Assembly: GCF_006345805.1 (NCBI RefSeq) | Contig: NC_042999.1 | Span: 130,944,001 to 131,008,000 of the forward strand | Direction of reading: 5' to 3' | DNA from: Octopus sinensis | Lineage: Eukaryota | Length of the DNA stretch: 64,000 nucleotides | Part shown: positions 12,428-23,978 of the stretch, piece by piece | Position numbering within the stretch: position 1 is the stretch's first letter | How the letters are laid out: each line of letters begins with the position of its first letter | The notes under the pieces: generated by a model | The model's input: the letters and a program-made list of their open reading frames with translations, nothing else | What the model was told of the DNA's origin: nothing | The model's database searches: none | Made by a program: the position numbers and the translations under genes

Positions 12428-13784
12428 TCATCATCATCATCATCATCGTTTAGCGTCTGCTTTCCATGCTAGCATGGGTTGGACGGGTCAACTGGGGTCT
12501 GTGAAGCTGGAAGGCTTCGTCAGGCCCAGTCAGATCTGGCAGTGTTTCTACGGCTGGATGCCCTTCCTAACACCAACCACTCCGCGAGTGTAGTGGGTGT
12601 TTTTTACGTGCCACCTGCACAGGTGCCAGACAGAGCTGGCGAACGGCCACGAACGGATGGTGCTTTTACGTGTCATCGGCACGGGGCCAGGCGATGCTGG
12701 CAACGGACACGAACGGATGGTGCTTTTACGTGTCACCGGCACGGGGGCCAGCCGAGGCTGGCAACGGACGCGAACGGATGGTGCTTTTACGTGCCACCGA
12801 CACGGTTGCCAGACAGAGCTGGCAAACGGCCACGAACGGACGGTGCTTTTACGTGTCACCGGCACGGGGGCCAGCCGAGGCTGGCAACGGACACGAACGG
12901 ATGGTGCTTTTACATGCCACCGACAAGGGGCCAGACAGAGCTGGCAAACGGCCACGAACGGATGGTGCTTTTACGTGCCACCGACACGGGGCCAGGCAAG
13001 GCTGGCGACGAACACGAACGGATGGTGCTTTTACGTGCCACCAACACGGGGCCAGGCAGAGCTGGCAAATGGCCACGAGCGAATGGTGCTTTTACGTATC
13101 ACCGGCACGGGTGCCAGACGAGGCTGACAGCGGACACGAACAGATGGGTCACTTAACCCCTGCTTTCTGATATATGATTTGATTTTGATTGTTCTCACTG
13201 GTCTTGCCGGGTCTTCTCACGCACAGCATACTTCCATAGGTCTCGGTCTCTGGTCATTTCCTTGGTGAGACCTAGAGTTCAAAGGTCGTGCTTCACCACC
13301 TCGACCCAGGTTTTCCTGGGTCTACCTCTTCCACAGGTTCCCTCAACTGCCAGGGTGTGACACTTTTTCACACACCTATCTTCATTCATTCTCACCACAT
13401 GACCATACCAGCGCAATCGTCTCTCTTGCACACAACATCTGATTCCTCTTAGGTCCAACTTTTCTCTCAAGGTACTTACACTCTGTCGACTATGAACACT
13501 GACATTACACATCCAACGGAGCATACTAGCTTCATTTCTCGCGAGCTTACGCATGTCCTCAGCAGTCACGGCCCATGTTTCACTGCCATGTAGCATGGCT
13601 GTTCGTACACATGCATCATACAGTCTGCCTTTTACTCTGAGCGAGAGGCCTTTAGTCACCAACAGAGGTAAGAGCTCCCTAAACTTTGCCCAGGCTATTC
13701 TTACTCTAGCCGTTACACTTTCAGCACACCCACCCTCACTACTGACTTGGTCACCAAGATAACGGAAGCTATCAACTACATCTA
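12428..13784 (-). mobile_element. 5'-truncated RTE-clade LINE (RT C-terminus, 3' UTR minisatellite, (GAT)n tail)
   Basis: ORF 13279-13662 (KGRLYDACVRTAMLHGSETW...RLRWYGHVVRM...RGRPRKTW) is an RTE C-terminus; homologous to 45870-46900 and 47475-49009. Confidence 0.9.
12597..13147. repeat. ~61 bp minisatellite, about 9 units with alternating subtypes
   Basis: Unit CACGAACGGATGGTGCTTTTACGTGCCACC...GCCAG...CTGGC; also at 61992-62208 and, degenerate, at 48690-48850 and 45930-46090. Confidence 0.95.
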
Positions 13785-14910
13785 GAGAAATACATCTAAA
13801 TCAAATATCAATTACCAGATAATACTCAATCACATACTTTATTAAACCACCACATAAGAGACTGTAGGGTTAAATATAAAAAGCAGAACAAATCAGTGTA
13901 CATAAAGGAATGTACATAAAAAAGTGTACATAAAAGAGTAATGTTGTATAATAAGTAGAATATATATGAAAGAGAATATAAATATAAGTAAATATAAATA
14001 TAAGTATAGATTACATCTTACAGCTGTTTCGGCCATGTAGATAAGTGTGTCTCATTTTACCAATATTAGCCCTTTATGGTTGGTCAATATATAGATATAA
14101 ATGAGACATTTACAAAAATATCATAAGGCCTCTTCGGAGATTATGTAATATAAATCAGTCTACATATATACCCACATGGGTGTGGGTGCATACCATAATA
14201 CAACATATACATATACATATGAGTGCATATACTCACACTCCTATACATATAAAAATATACATATACATAATGATATAAATAAATAATACAAATTAGTAAA
14301 CATATATATGTGTTCCACATTCAATGTCTCAGTTTTTCGACTTAATCTTGTGATAATAAACATACACAAATTAATACCTAGATGCAAATATACATAGTCA
14401 ATAGTACATTATATTACTTCATAATAATTTCTAAAGTGTCATTAAAGTTAGCATCATTATCGTTGTCAATACCATTAATGTTACCATTATTATCATTCAT
14501 AATATTATTAATAACGCTTACATTAGGATCCAGAGCAGTATATATGTATGTCCGGGTTCCGGCACAGGCATGGGCCCGGGTGGCGCTGCACCGGAGTTTA
14601 TGCGCCAGCGTCCGTGCATGCGTTGCATGGGCGTGTCCATGCATGTGCATTAATGTGTGCACTCTCGCGCGCTGTGCTTGCGGACATTCATGTGTACTTG
14701 TACGCGTGTATCTTGGTGATCGTGTGTGCGAGAGGGACGTGTGCGGGTGTGCCCGACCATGAACTCGCGTGTCTGTGCGGGGGCATGCATGCACATGTAT
14801 GTGCATGTGGGTGCATTCCAGCATATCCACTTATACTTACTATATTAGGTTTATCTTTGTGCCCTCCTTAATTTGTATTCCATTTTATTTATCTATTTAT
14901 CTATACATGG

Positions 14911-14944
<34 letters not shown>

Positions 14945-16411
14945 TCATATTTATTTATTTAATTATTTATTTTTGTTTATTTGGCACTTACTAATCTATA
15001 ATTAATTTAATTTGTAATTAATAAACTTATTCTAAATTAATAGTAACCTCTGTAGGTGTGTGAAAATGTGTATGTGTACGTATGTATGTTTTTGTACATA
15101 TAGGTATGATCGTGGGTGGATGTACGGATGTATGTTTTTATTACACATATGAGCACGCAGGTGCGTACTTGGATATGTATATATGTATATGCAAATATTC
15201 ATTCATGGGTGGATATAAATATAGGTTTTATTTGTACGTATGAGTGCGCAGATATATATTTAAATATATATATATGTGTGTGCGAAAGTTCCCTGACACA
15301 GTATAGGAAAGTGTATTAATATTTATGCAGATGTGTGTGTGAGTGTGTGTGTTAGTGTTAGACACTGCTGCCTGTACTGATATGTCTATAAGCCATGCGA
15401 TGACAGACATGCACTCTGCAATTTTTTGAATGTGTAAAGATGTGTCCAGGTGTATTCATGTGTGTGTGCATGTGTGTGTGAGTTTCTGTGTGGATGTGTA
15501 GGTTTAGGGTTAGATGTGGATGTGTATGTTTTGCTTGTGCGGTGTGGTGGGGGTCGGGCGGCTCTCAATTGACCAACCGTGAGGAAGATAATGATAATTT
15601 TAAATTCAAATCCAATAGTGTATTTATGTCATAAGGAAAATTATTAACTGGAACCCGGACATACATATATACTGCTCTGGATCCTAATGTAAGCGTTATT
15701 AATAATATTATGAATGATAATAATGGTAACATTAATGGTATTGACAACGATAATGTTGCTAACTTTAATGACACTTTAGAAATTATTATGAAGTAATATA
15801 ATGTACTATTGACTATGTATATTTGCATCTAGGTATTAATTTGTGTATGTTTATTATCACAAGATTAAGTCGAAAAACTGAGACATTGAATGTGGAACAC
15901 ATATATATGTTTACTAATTTATATTATTTATTTATATCATTATGTATATGTATATTTTTATATGTATAGGAGTGTGAGTATATGCACTCATATGTGTATG
16001 TATATGTTGTATTGTGGTATGCACCCACACCCATGTGGGTATATATGTAGACTGATTTATATTACATAATCTCCGAAGAGGCCTTATGATATTTTTGTAA
16101 ATGTCTCATTTATATCTATATATTGACCAACCATAAAGGGCTAATATTGGTAAAATGAGACACACTTATCTACATGGCTGAAACAGCTGTAAGATGTAAT
16201 CTATACTTATATTTATATTTACTTATATTTATATTCTCTTTTATATATATTCTACTTATTATACAACATTACTCTTTTATGTACACTTTTTTATGTACAC
16301 TGATTTGTTCTGCTTTTTATATTTAACCCTACAGTCTCTTATGTGGTGGTTTAATAAAGTATGTGATTGAGTATTATCTGGTAATTGATATTTGATTTAG
16401 ATGTATTTCTC
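13785..16411. mobile_element. Element with ~760-775 bp near-identical inverted arms (13785-14560 / 15652-16411); probably a non-autonomous Penelope-like element
   Basis: Arms align as reverse complements with a few substitutions and one ~14 nt indel. Non-coding (GT/CA)-rich spacer. A hammerhead fold lies in each arm. Confidence 0.75.
16061..16200 (+). ncRNA. Candidate type I hammerhead ribozyme with variant core (mirror copy on minus at 14010-14149)
   Basis: Stem I ATTAC(ATA)ATCT/AGAT-GTAAT; core CCGAAGA 16073-16079; stem II GGCC/GGCY; GAAA 16180-16183; palindromic stem III CAGCTG; GUA triplet. Confidence 0.6.
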
Positions 16412-16598
16412 CATTTTCTTATCTTGTATTAATAATTTGTGGTAAATCATTTTACCTTTGCCCATATAATACAGTAAATGAATTGATTGCATCGCAATCA
16501 TTAACATTTATGTATTAACTTTGTTGGGTACTTCACTAGCAGTATATTGGATATATGTTATCCCATGGAGGGTTGCATTTACAACCCTATCTCAATTC

Positions 16599-16643
<45 letters not shown>

Positions 16644-16849
16644 ACAGGTTTCTTTCAGTTTCTCTCCATCACATCCAATCACAAGATTGATCTGAGGTTA
16701 TAGCAGAAGGCACTTGCCCAAGGTGTCACACTGTAGGACTGAACCTGGAACCATGTGGTTAAGAAGAAAATGTCTTAGCACACTGCCACACCTGAGTTTA
16801 TCATATCTCTAATCAGTATATTAACTGGTCAGAGATATGTACCATTGAG

Positions 16850-18100
16850 AACAATAATATAATTTTTTTCTCTCGTTTATTATAGAAATAGATAAGATAT
16901 CTTGTCCTGAGATTTTTTTAGCTTGGTAATTCCTAAGAATAATAGCCTACTTCTTTTATCTTATCATTTAAATAGCAGAGAGGCAAATTCTTTAACTGTC
17001 AACTAATTCATATTGGGACCTTTCAACCTATTACGACATTGTTTGCATTTCATGTTCTAATATTAATCAAACCTATTTGTAAAAAATTGATTCTCTTCAA
17101 CTTCACAAGTTTTTAACATGGTCAGGTGGTTGGGTACATTCAATAATTCTATTTTGTACGGATCCTGTTCATGATATCTTGCAGGTTTGTGCTATACTAC
17201 ATGTGAAATAGGCCAAAAGTAGTTTTAGAATAGAAAGGAAATTAATACAAATTTTCAATTGCATGACATTATTTAATGAGAACATTCCGACAATTAAATA
17301 TTTTTTTTATGGTTTCAATCCAGAGGAAGAGGCCCGTATATGTTAGAACAATGGGCTTGAAGGAAAATATCTCTGGGGGTGTTTTGCATATTGAATATAA
17401 ATTGTAGAATCTCAAATATATAATATAGTGAGTTGAAAAAATTTTAATTAACAAAGATTCTCTCGTCAATTAGCAGACAAAGACTCCCTTTAGGGTGTTT
17501 AAAATCTAAAAATCAACGAACATATTACTTTAGTAACAGTAGTCAATCAAAATTTTTAGACAAAAAATGATGATGCAAATAAAGTAGATCTTGTCTTTAA
17601 ATTCAACTGACGAAGGCAATGGTCATGTTGAAATCTTTGATCCCTTCAGTGAAGCATATTCATCTCAATAGCATAGATAATTTCACTTCTATGTGCTCAT
17701 ACCATATGTGTGTTTAGTATGTAGAGCGCTCACCAGAGATATTTCCCTAGTTCCCTGCGGTGATATTCATAACCAACATCATTACACTCCATTGTTTCTA
17801 TACATACTGATTATTTTTAAATCTTTCCAACTAAAGTGATTATGTTTTGCTGAGGAAATCTATTAAGATTAAGACATGATTTTTATTTTCCCCAGTTGGC
17901 TTAAAAATTCAATTCTTGTCTGCATTGCATTATTTATCAAAAATTTTTCTGAGCTCAGATTATTAGAGTTGTCACCCTTCCTTATCTTTTAAGGTTTTGA
18001 AACACATGAAAGGAGGTTTTGACTTTTAATTAAAGGGATAATCTTAGATAAGCAAGGTTTTTCAACTCACTATATTACATGTGTGAGACTCTACTGCATA
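16850..18100 (-). mobile_element. Possible highly decayed Penelope-like RT/GIY-YIG remnant
   Basis: Scattered motif relics (LDFKHPKG, YLRFYNLYSICK, GSVQNRIIE); many stops. Confidence 0.25.
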
Positions 18101-18132
18101 TGCTAACATTCTTTCATCAGAAATATTAATTA

Positions 18133-18460
18133 CTAGGAGAGATACCTGGCATTGCTCGGGACTAAAACGGTATGGTTTTTTATTGGTTTATTTATTTCGG
18201 TCATGTGACTGCAGCCATGCTGGAACACCACCTTCAGTCAAAGAAATCAACCCCAGGATTTATTCTTTGTAAACCTATTTTATCCATGTGTTTTGGTAAA
18301 CAGCTAAGTTACAGGGATGTAAACACAGCAACATAGGTTGTGAAGTGATGGTGGGGGTACAAACATACACACACACATACATGTATATACACACACATAT
18401 ATAAATAAATATATATAAATATATATTATATATATATTATATATATATATATATAATATA

Positions 18461-18498
<38 letters not shown>

Positions 18499-19776
18499 CA
18501 TATATAAATATATATATGTATATATACATATATATAAATATATATATACATACATATATAAATATATATATACATGTACATATATACATATATGATAATA
18601 ATAATAATAATAATAATATTAGGGAGTATAACTCCAAACTTACAGGAAAATTTCAATTTAGTATTAAATCAAATTTCACAATATAAATATATAAATCTAA
18701 ATTAGAGATAAACCACTATTATGCAACTCAAACAGTGATAGACATAAACCAAAACATAAATAGCAAATAATATATATTTTTATAAAACATATAACTAGAT
18801 CTCAAAAAGTGTAAAAATGAATGATCAATATACAATAAGTAAAAAAACTACGTATGTTTCATGGCTACAAGTTTAAATTCAATCGAAATAAATTAGTTAC
18901 TGTGGTATAAAGATCGTAAAAATGTTTATGATAATGATGATAATAGTAATAAGATTTTTTTAAAGATAAGTTATACGTTTTTGATTTGATTTTTCAATTT
19001 TTCAATTATATTTCATAAATATATTCTATAGATATTTATAATATTTATGTAAGTAATAATGGACTAATTTACTTTTGGTTATATGTTTATATATTTATTG
19101 ATAGAGAAAATTTTAGATTTTTAATTACTATATTTGTTGATAATAACTTAGATACTTATTTTTATGTATTTAATATTTTATAATTATTAGATGTGAACTT
19201 AAATCTAAAAATATTAATAGTGATTATTTTGTTAAATAATTTGGTAATTAAATATTGGAGTATAACTGAGTTAAAGATATTCGATAGTTTATGTTTTTTT
19301 AAGCCAAATTATATCTTCAAAGAAATACATATTTCTATTTATTTTTTTACCTTAAAAATTAAATATTTAACATAATAAATGTGTTGTACGAAATAATCCT
19401 AATGTTTTAAGTTTCAAATTTAGTTAATGGAGTTTTTTCTATAAGAAAAATTATTATTTTATATATTTTAAAAATAAATATTGTTTAACTCTATTTGCTT
19501 ATTTATTTAATTATTATCATTAACCTGAAGATTGACTATAATTTTAAATTGTATTTATTTCAATTGAACTTAAACTTAATTGTAATTCGAATTTAATTGT
19601 AGCCATGAAACTTACATAGTTTTTTTACTTATTATATATTGATCATTCATTTTTATACTTTTTGAGATCTAGTTATATGTTTTATAAAAATATATATTAT
19701 TTGTTATTTATGTTTTGGTTTATGTCTATCACTGTTTGAGTTGCATAATAGTGGTTTTATCTCTAATTTATATTTT

Positions 19777-19846
<70 letters not shown>

Positions 19847-19959
19847 ATATACATATATATTTATATACATACATATAAATATACATGTATATAAATATAC
19901 ACATGCATATGAATATACATGTATATATGTATGCACACATATATATATACACATGTCTA

Positions 19960-20004
<45 letters not shown>

Positions 20005-20075
20005 GTATATATATACAGTGATGCACACATACAGACAGACACACATTCTCAGATTTATATATATATATATATAGA
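18133..20075 (-). mobile_element. Non-autonomous Helitron-like element containing nested SINE, microsatellites and an inverted-arm element
   Basis: On minus: A|TCTATATATA... 5' end (20075), subterminal CCCGAGCAATGCCAGG hairpin relic and CTAG|T 3' end (18133), the canonical Helitron termini. Confidence 0.5.
18698..19770 (+). mobile_element. Penelope-like 3' fragment with inverted partial pseudo-LTR (arms 18698-18893 / 19553-19770)
   Basis: About 190 bp inverted arms; decayed hammerhead at 19522-19622; CL*EKLL relic near 19440 resembling the PLE endonuclease C-terminus. Confidence 0.55.
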
Positions 20076-20999
20076 TGTTGGCTCCAACACCTTGGGAATG
20101 CCAAGAGAAAGAAACAAGTATGAACAGAATGAGGGAAAAGAAGATTAGGAGAAAGTGTGGACAAATTACATCATACTTTTTTTTTTTTTTTTTTGCAACA
20201 CCTACAAATGCCAGCAGGGCATTTTTTTTTCCTCACCTGAAAAATTGAATAAAAAGTCATGCTGGCATTTGGATTATGAACAGATTTAGTGTTTGAGTTA
20301 TGTTTACCAAGTATAAATAAAAAAAATTGGTTAGAGTTCAAATCCTGCAGTGGCCAACTGGTTTCAAACCACCACTTGGTTCTTGTGTGTCATTAACTGA
20401 GTTTACTCTGTTGCAAGTATTCAGGCTAAGTCTCCAGTTGAGAATACCTTCTTCCTTCCATCTCTGCAGGCCCTTTGAGTCTTTTTTTTACCAAAAGATA
20501 AAAAAAAAATGATATGAGTGAACTGTACCTAGTAAACCAGTACACTGGCAACACATATATTTGAGACACTTAACAGACAGAAACAACTGGAAGGACAAAA
20601 TAATATTAAAGTAAATGTGAAGAAGAGTATCTCCTAAATTTATCCCATCATCACTGTCTTAATAATTTTAACCTCAAAAATATCGTTAATAATTTAATCT
20701 TCTAAAATATCTCATGCAAAAGAAAAATACTTCAGAGGGGCATTCAGCATTATGAAGTATTATAAAAACACAATAGGGTATTTTAAGTAAAATACTGAGT
20801 TTCACCCTCCACCAGCCATATTGTCAGTATTTATTATCAGTGTCACTACATTCCCTCTATTTCTATATACACTAGTCATTCTTAGCCTTTCCATTTCAGT
20901 AAAATATACTTTATTGAGGAAATCTAACAAGACTGATGAATGTCCATTGCTTTCAGCATGACTTTAAAAATTATCCAAAAATTTTGTATGGTTGATTGA

Positions 21000-22975
21000 A
21001 GCTATCTCCTTTGCTTGATGTTTCTAGATATTGAACACCTCTCAAAGGAGTTTTGAAAAATATATAATATTAACAATAACAACTTTTCTGAAAAAGCAAT
21101 GAGAGTGTGGGAAGTAAAATAGCCATATGCAAATGAATCATAAGGCAACATGAAAATAAGCAGGGGCATTTTCTAGGGAGACTCATTCTCTCGGTTACTC
21201 TTCATCACTGTGTTAATCCCTCTGACAAATATACTGAGAAAATCAAGGCCTGTCTATGAATATACCAAAACCAAGATGTAAATAAATCACATACTTTATA
21301 TGAATGATCTTAAGCTGTATGCAGAAAATGAGACAGGCCTGGATTCTTTGATCCAAACTGTGAAAATATTCAGTAAAGATACTGGAATGTAGTTTGGGGT
21401 AAATAAGGGCACAATGCTAATTACAGAGAGAGGCTGTAAGGTAAATTGTGATGGCATGAAATTATTACAAGACATCATTTGATTGCTGTGGAATAATGAG
21501 GGATATAAATATCTAGGAGTGCTGCAAGACAATAGGATTGAGACACTTGCTCCCTTTCTGAAATGGACAAAGGTTGAGCTACAGAACTTGGATAGAAAAA
21601 CTAGAAAGCTGTTCACAATGCACATGCAGACTACCCTAACAGTAATACAGACTCCACTTACCAAGAGAGGAAGGTCACAAAGGATTACTAAATGCAGACG
21701 GCACTGTTAATATTGTGATACTAGGTTTGAAAAATTATGTTGTGAAGAATAAAAAAAGAATACTATCAACAGCTAGAGATACCCCAAAAAACAGTAAGAA
21801 AATTCCAAAAGAAAAGGGAAAACAACAGAACAATCAAACAGAAAGAAATGGATTTAAATGGCCAATTCATGCAATAGATCAAGAATATTGGAAGTAAGGA
21901 ACACTAGCTCTGGTTGATGGACAAGAACTTGAAACAAGAGACCAAAATGCAAATTATAACCATTCAGGTACAAGCTATTAGGACAACTCTGATAAAGGCA
22001 AAGACTGACAAAACTGAGTCAGACAGCAAATGTAGAATCTGCAGGAAAGGAGACGAAAGTATCAATCACTTTTTGAGCACAAAAAGAGTATAAGTGCACA
22101 GACATGACTGTGTAGGCAAAAGAGTGTATTGGGATGTTAGCTGAGTATGGGACTTCAGAATAACAGAAATGTGGGATGAACACAAAACAGAGGCTATGAC
22201 AGAAAATGAGAATTACAAGATCTTATGGGACTTCCAAGCACTCGAAGACAACAGACCTCTGCCAAGCTCATTTTAAGATAGATATACGAGTAAAATTACT
22301 AACAGAGAAACGAAAATAAACTTTGGAAACAGCAACAATATCATAGGTTACATGGAAACGCTGAACGTGTTTTCAAAAGTAAATATAACAAATGAAAAAT
22401 CTTTCTAGAATCCATAAAAATTCCTGGATCACTACCAAACTTTCATCATCTGTTCCTTGTGTCATTACCAACTTTTCCTGCATGTTTCATTAAATACTGT
22501 GTACAACTTTTTGAGTTATTTTGCACACAGACGGACAAACCAATGCTGATGAAAACATAACCTCCTTCCTTGGTGGAGGTAATGAAGAAGATTAGATAGA
22601 AGACAAAATAAACAGTGTAAGATCATATATTTTGCTATTCCTTATGATAGCAGAGTCAATCCCAATGAAACTGAAAAAATTGAGAAATATTAGGGTCTGG
22701 CCAGAGAGCTGAGGAAACCATGGAAGGCGAAGACAACAATTATTCTTGTGGTAATTGCTGTACATGACACCCAAAATGCTACCTAAAAGACGGAAAGAGA
22801 TTGGAATTGAAACTTGCATTATAGATCTGCGGAAAAAGTACCATTGTATATTCTGCAAGAATCTCAAGGAAGATTCTTGAGATTTGAGAAGACTTGTTAC
22901 TAAACTTAAAACATAAAATCCCTGCTGACTAAATTTGCATGCACTAGCATAATAATAATAATAATAATAATAATC
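21000..22975 (+). mobile_element. Decayed R4/Dong-like (restriction-like endonuclease) non-LTR retrotransposon with (TAA)n tail
   Basis: Relics SRGIF*GDSFS, INHILYMNDLKLYA, CRICRKGDESINH (zinc knuckle), HDCVGKRVYW and ILWDFQ; (TAA)n at about 22950-22975. Confidence 0.7.
22430..22582 (+). mobile_element. Possible Helentron-associated (HINE-like) insert within the R4/Dong remnant
   Basis: ACAGACGGACA motif followed by terminal hairpin CCTCC...GGAGG; host reading resumes after about 22583. The left boundary is uncertain. Confidence 0.35.
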
Positions 22976-23978
22976 TAAAATTTTGTGAAAGGAAGCTAGT
23001 CGATTATATCGACCCTAGTGTTTGACTGGTTCTTTTTTTACTGACCTGTAGCAGTGCAAGCAGTCAGTGCCATATTGGATGAGATCTCACAGCAGCCATT
23101 GCCGTCCCCGAGACTGGAGCAAGACCTCACCTGCATCCATTTGCCATGCATGAGATCACGAGGCTCGCGACGGAAACTATATAAAGGGAAAACCCGATTC
23201 AAATCTCTCTTTTTTTGGCACCTCCACTGGCTGAGGCTTTCTGCATGTGTATCTCCAGAGGCAATTTGCACCCACACTAACATAGCTACTACACAATGCA
23301 CACAGCTAAAGATGGTAGCTGAGAGCAGCACACTTCACCTATCCTGTAAAACCCTGTAACTAAACCAGTTGTAAATAGCATTTGTACTTGAAGTTTTCTC
23401 TCTTCGTCTGCCAGAAGCCTGAACTACATGAAGAACAAAAAGATGATGGAAGGAGACGATATTCTTCTGATATCGTAAACCTTGCCTTCCATTGTAGATC
23501 CCAAAAGGACGAAAGACAAAGCCGACATATGAAGTGAGAACGAAAACAGTCCGAAGAAATACTGTTAAGCATTTTGTCTGGCATGATTCAGCCAACACAC
23601 CACCTTAATGATCCTTTCTATCATAAGCACAAGGCCTGAAATTTTGGGGGAGACAACTAGTCGACTACATCGATTCTAGTGCTCGACTGGTACTTAATTT
23701 TATCGAACCTGAATGGATGAAAGACAAATTCAACCTCAGCAGAATTTGAACTCAGAACTTAAAGACGGACGAAATGCCACTGAATATTTTGTGAGGTGTA
23801 CTCACTAAAGAAAAATAAAATGTACTCAATCATAAAAGTATATATATGGTTAAATGTATTTTTCTGATTACATATATGAATTCACTTCTCGCCAGGACAT
23901 AAAACAATCACGTGAAAGTGACTATCATCTTTTACTGATCAATATTAGGAGAAATAGCTTTGAATCGTTAGTGTATCC

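Noticed and set aside
12597-13147. Regular ~61 bp repeats resembling a CRISPR array, with several overlapping ORFs
   Set aside because: No unique spacers and no cas genes; eukaryotic context; the array is part of an RTE 3' UTR and the ORFs are by-products of the repeat.
14382-14871. ORFs of 107-138 aa on both strands in the inverted-arm element
   Set aside because: Low-complexity translations of GT/CA- and AAT-rich sequence with no domain motifs.
23047-23293. Possible solo LTR (TGTAG...CTACA, internal TATATAAA)
   Set aside because: No matching 4-6 bp TSD and no second copy in the window.
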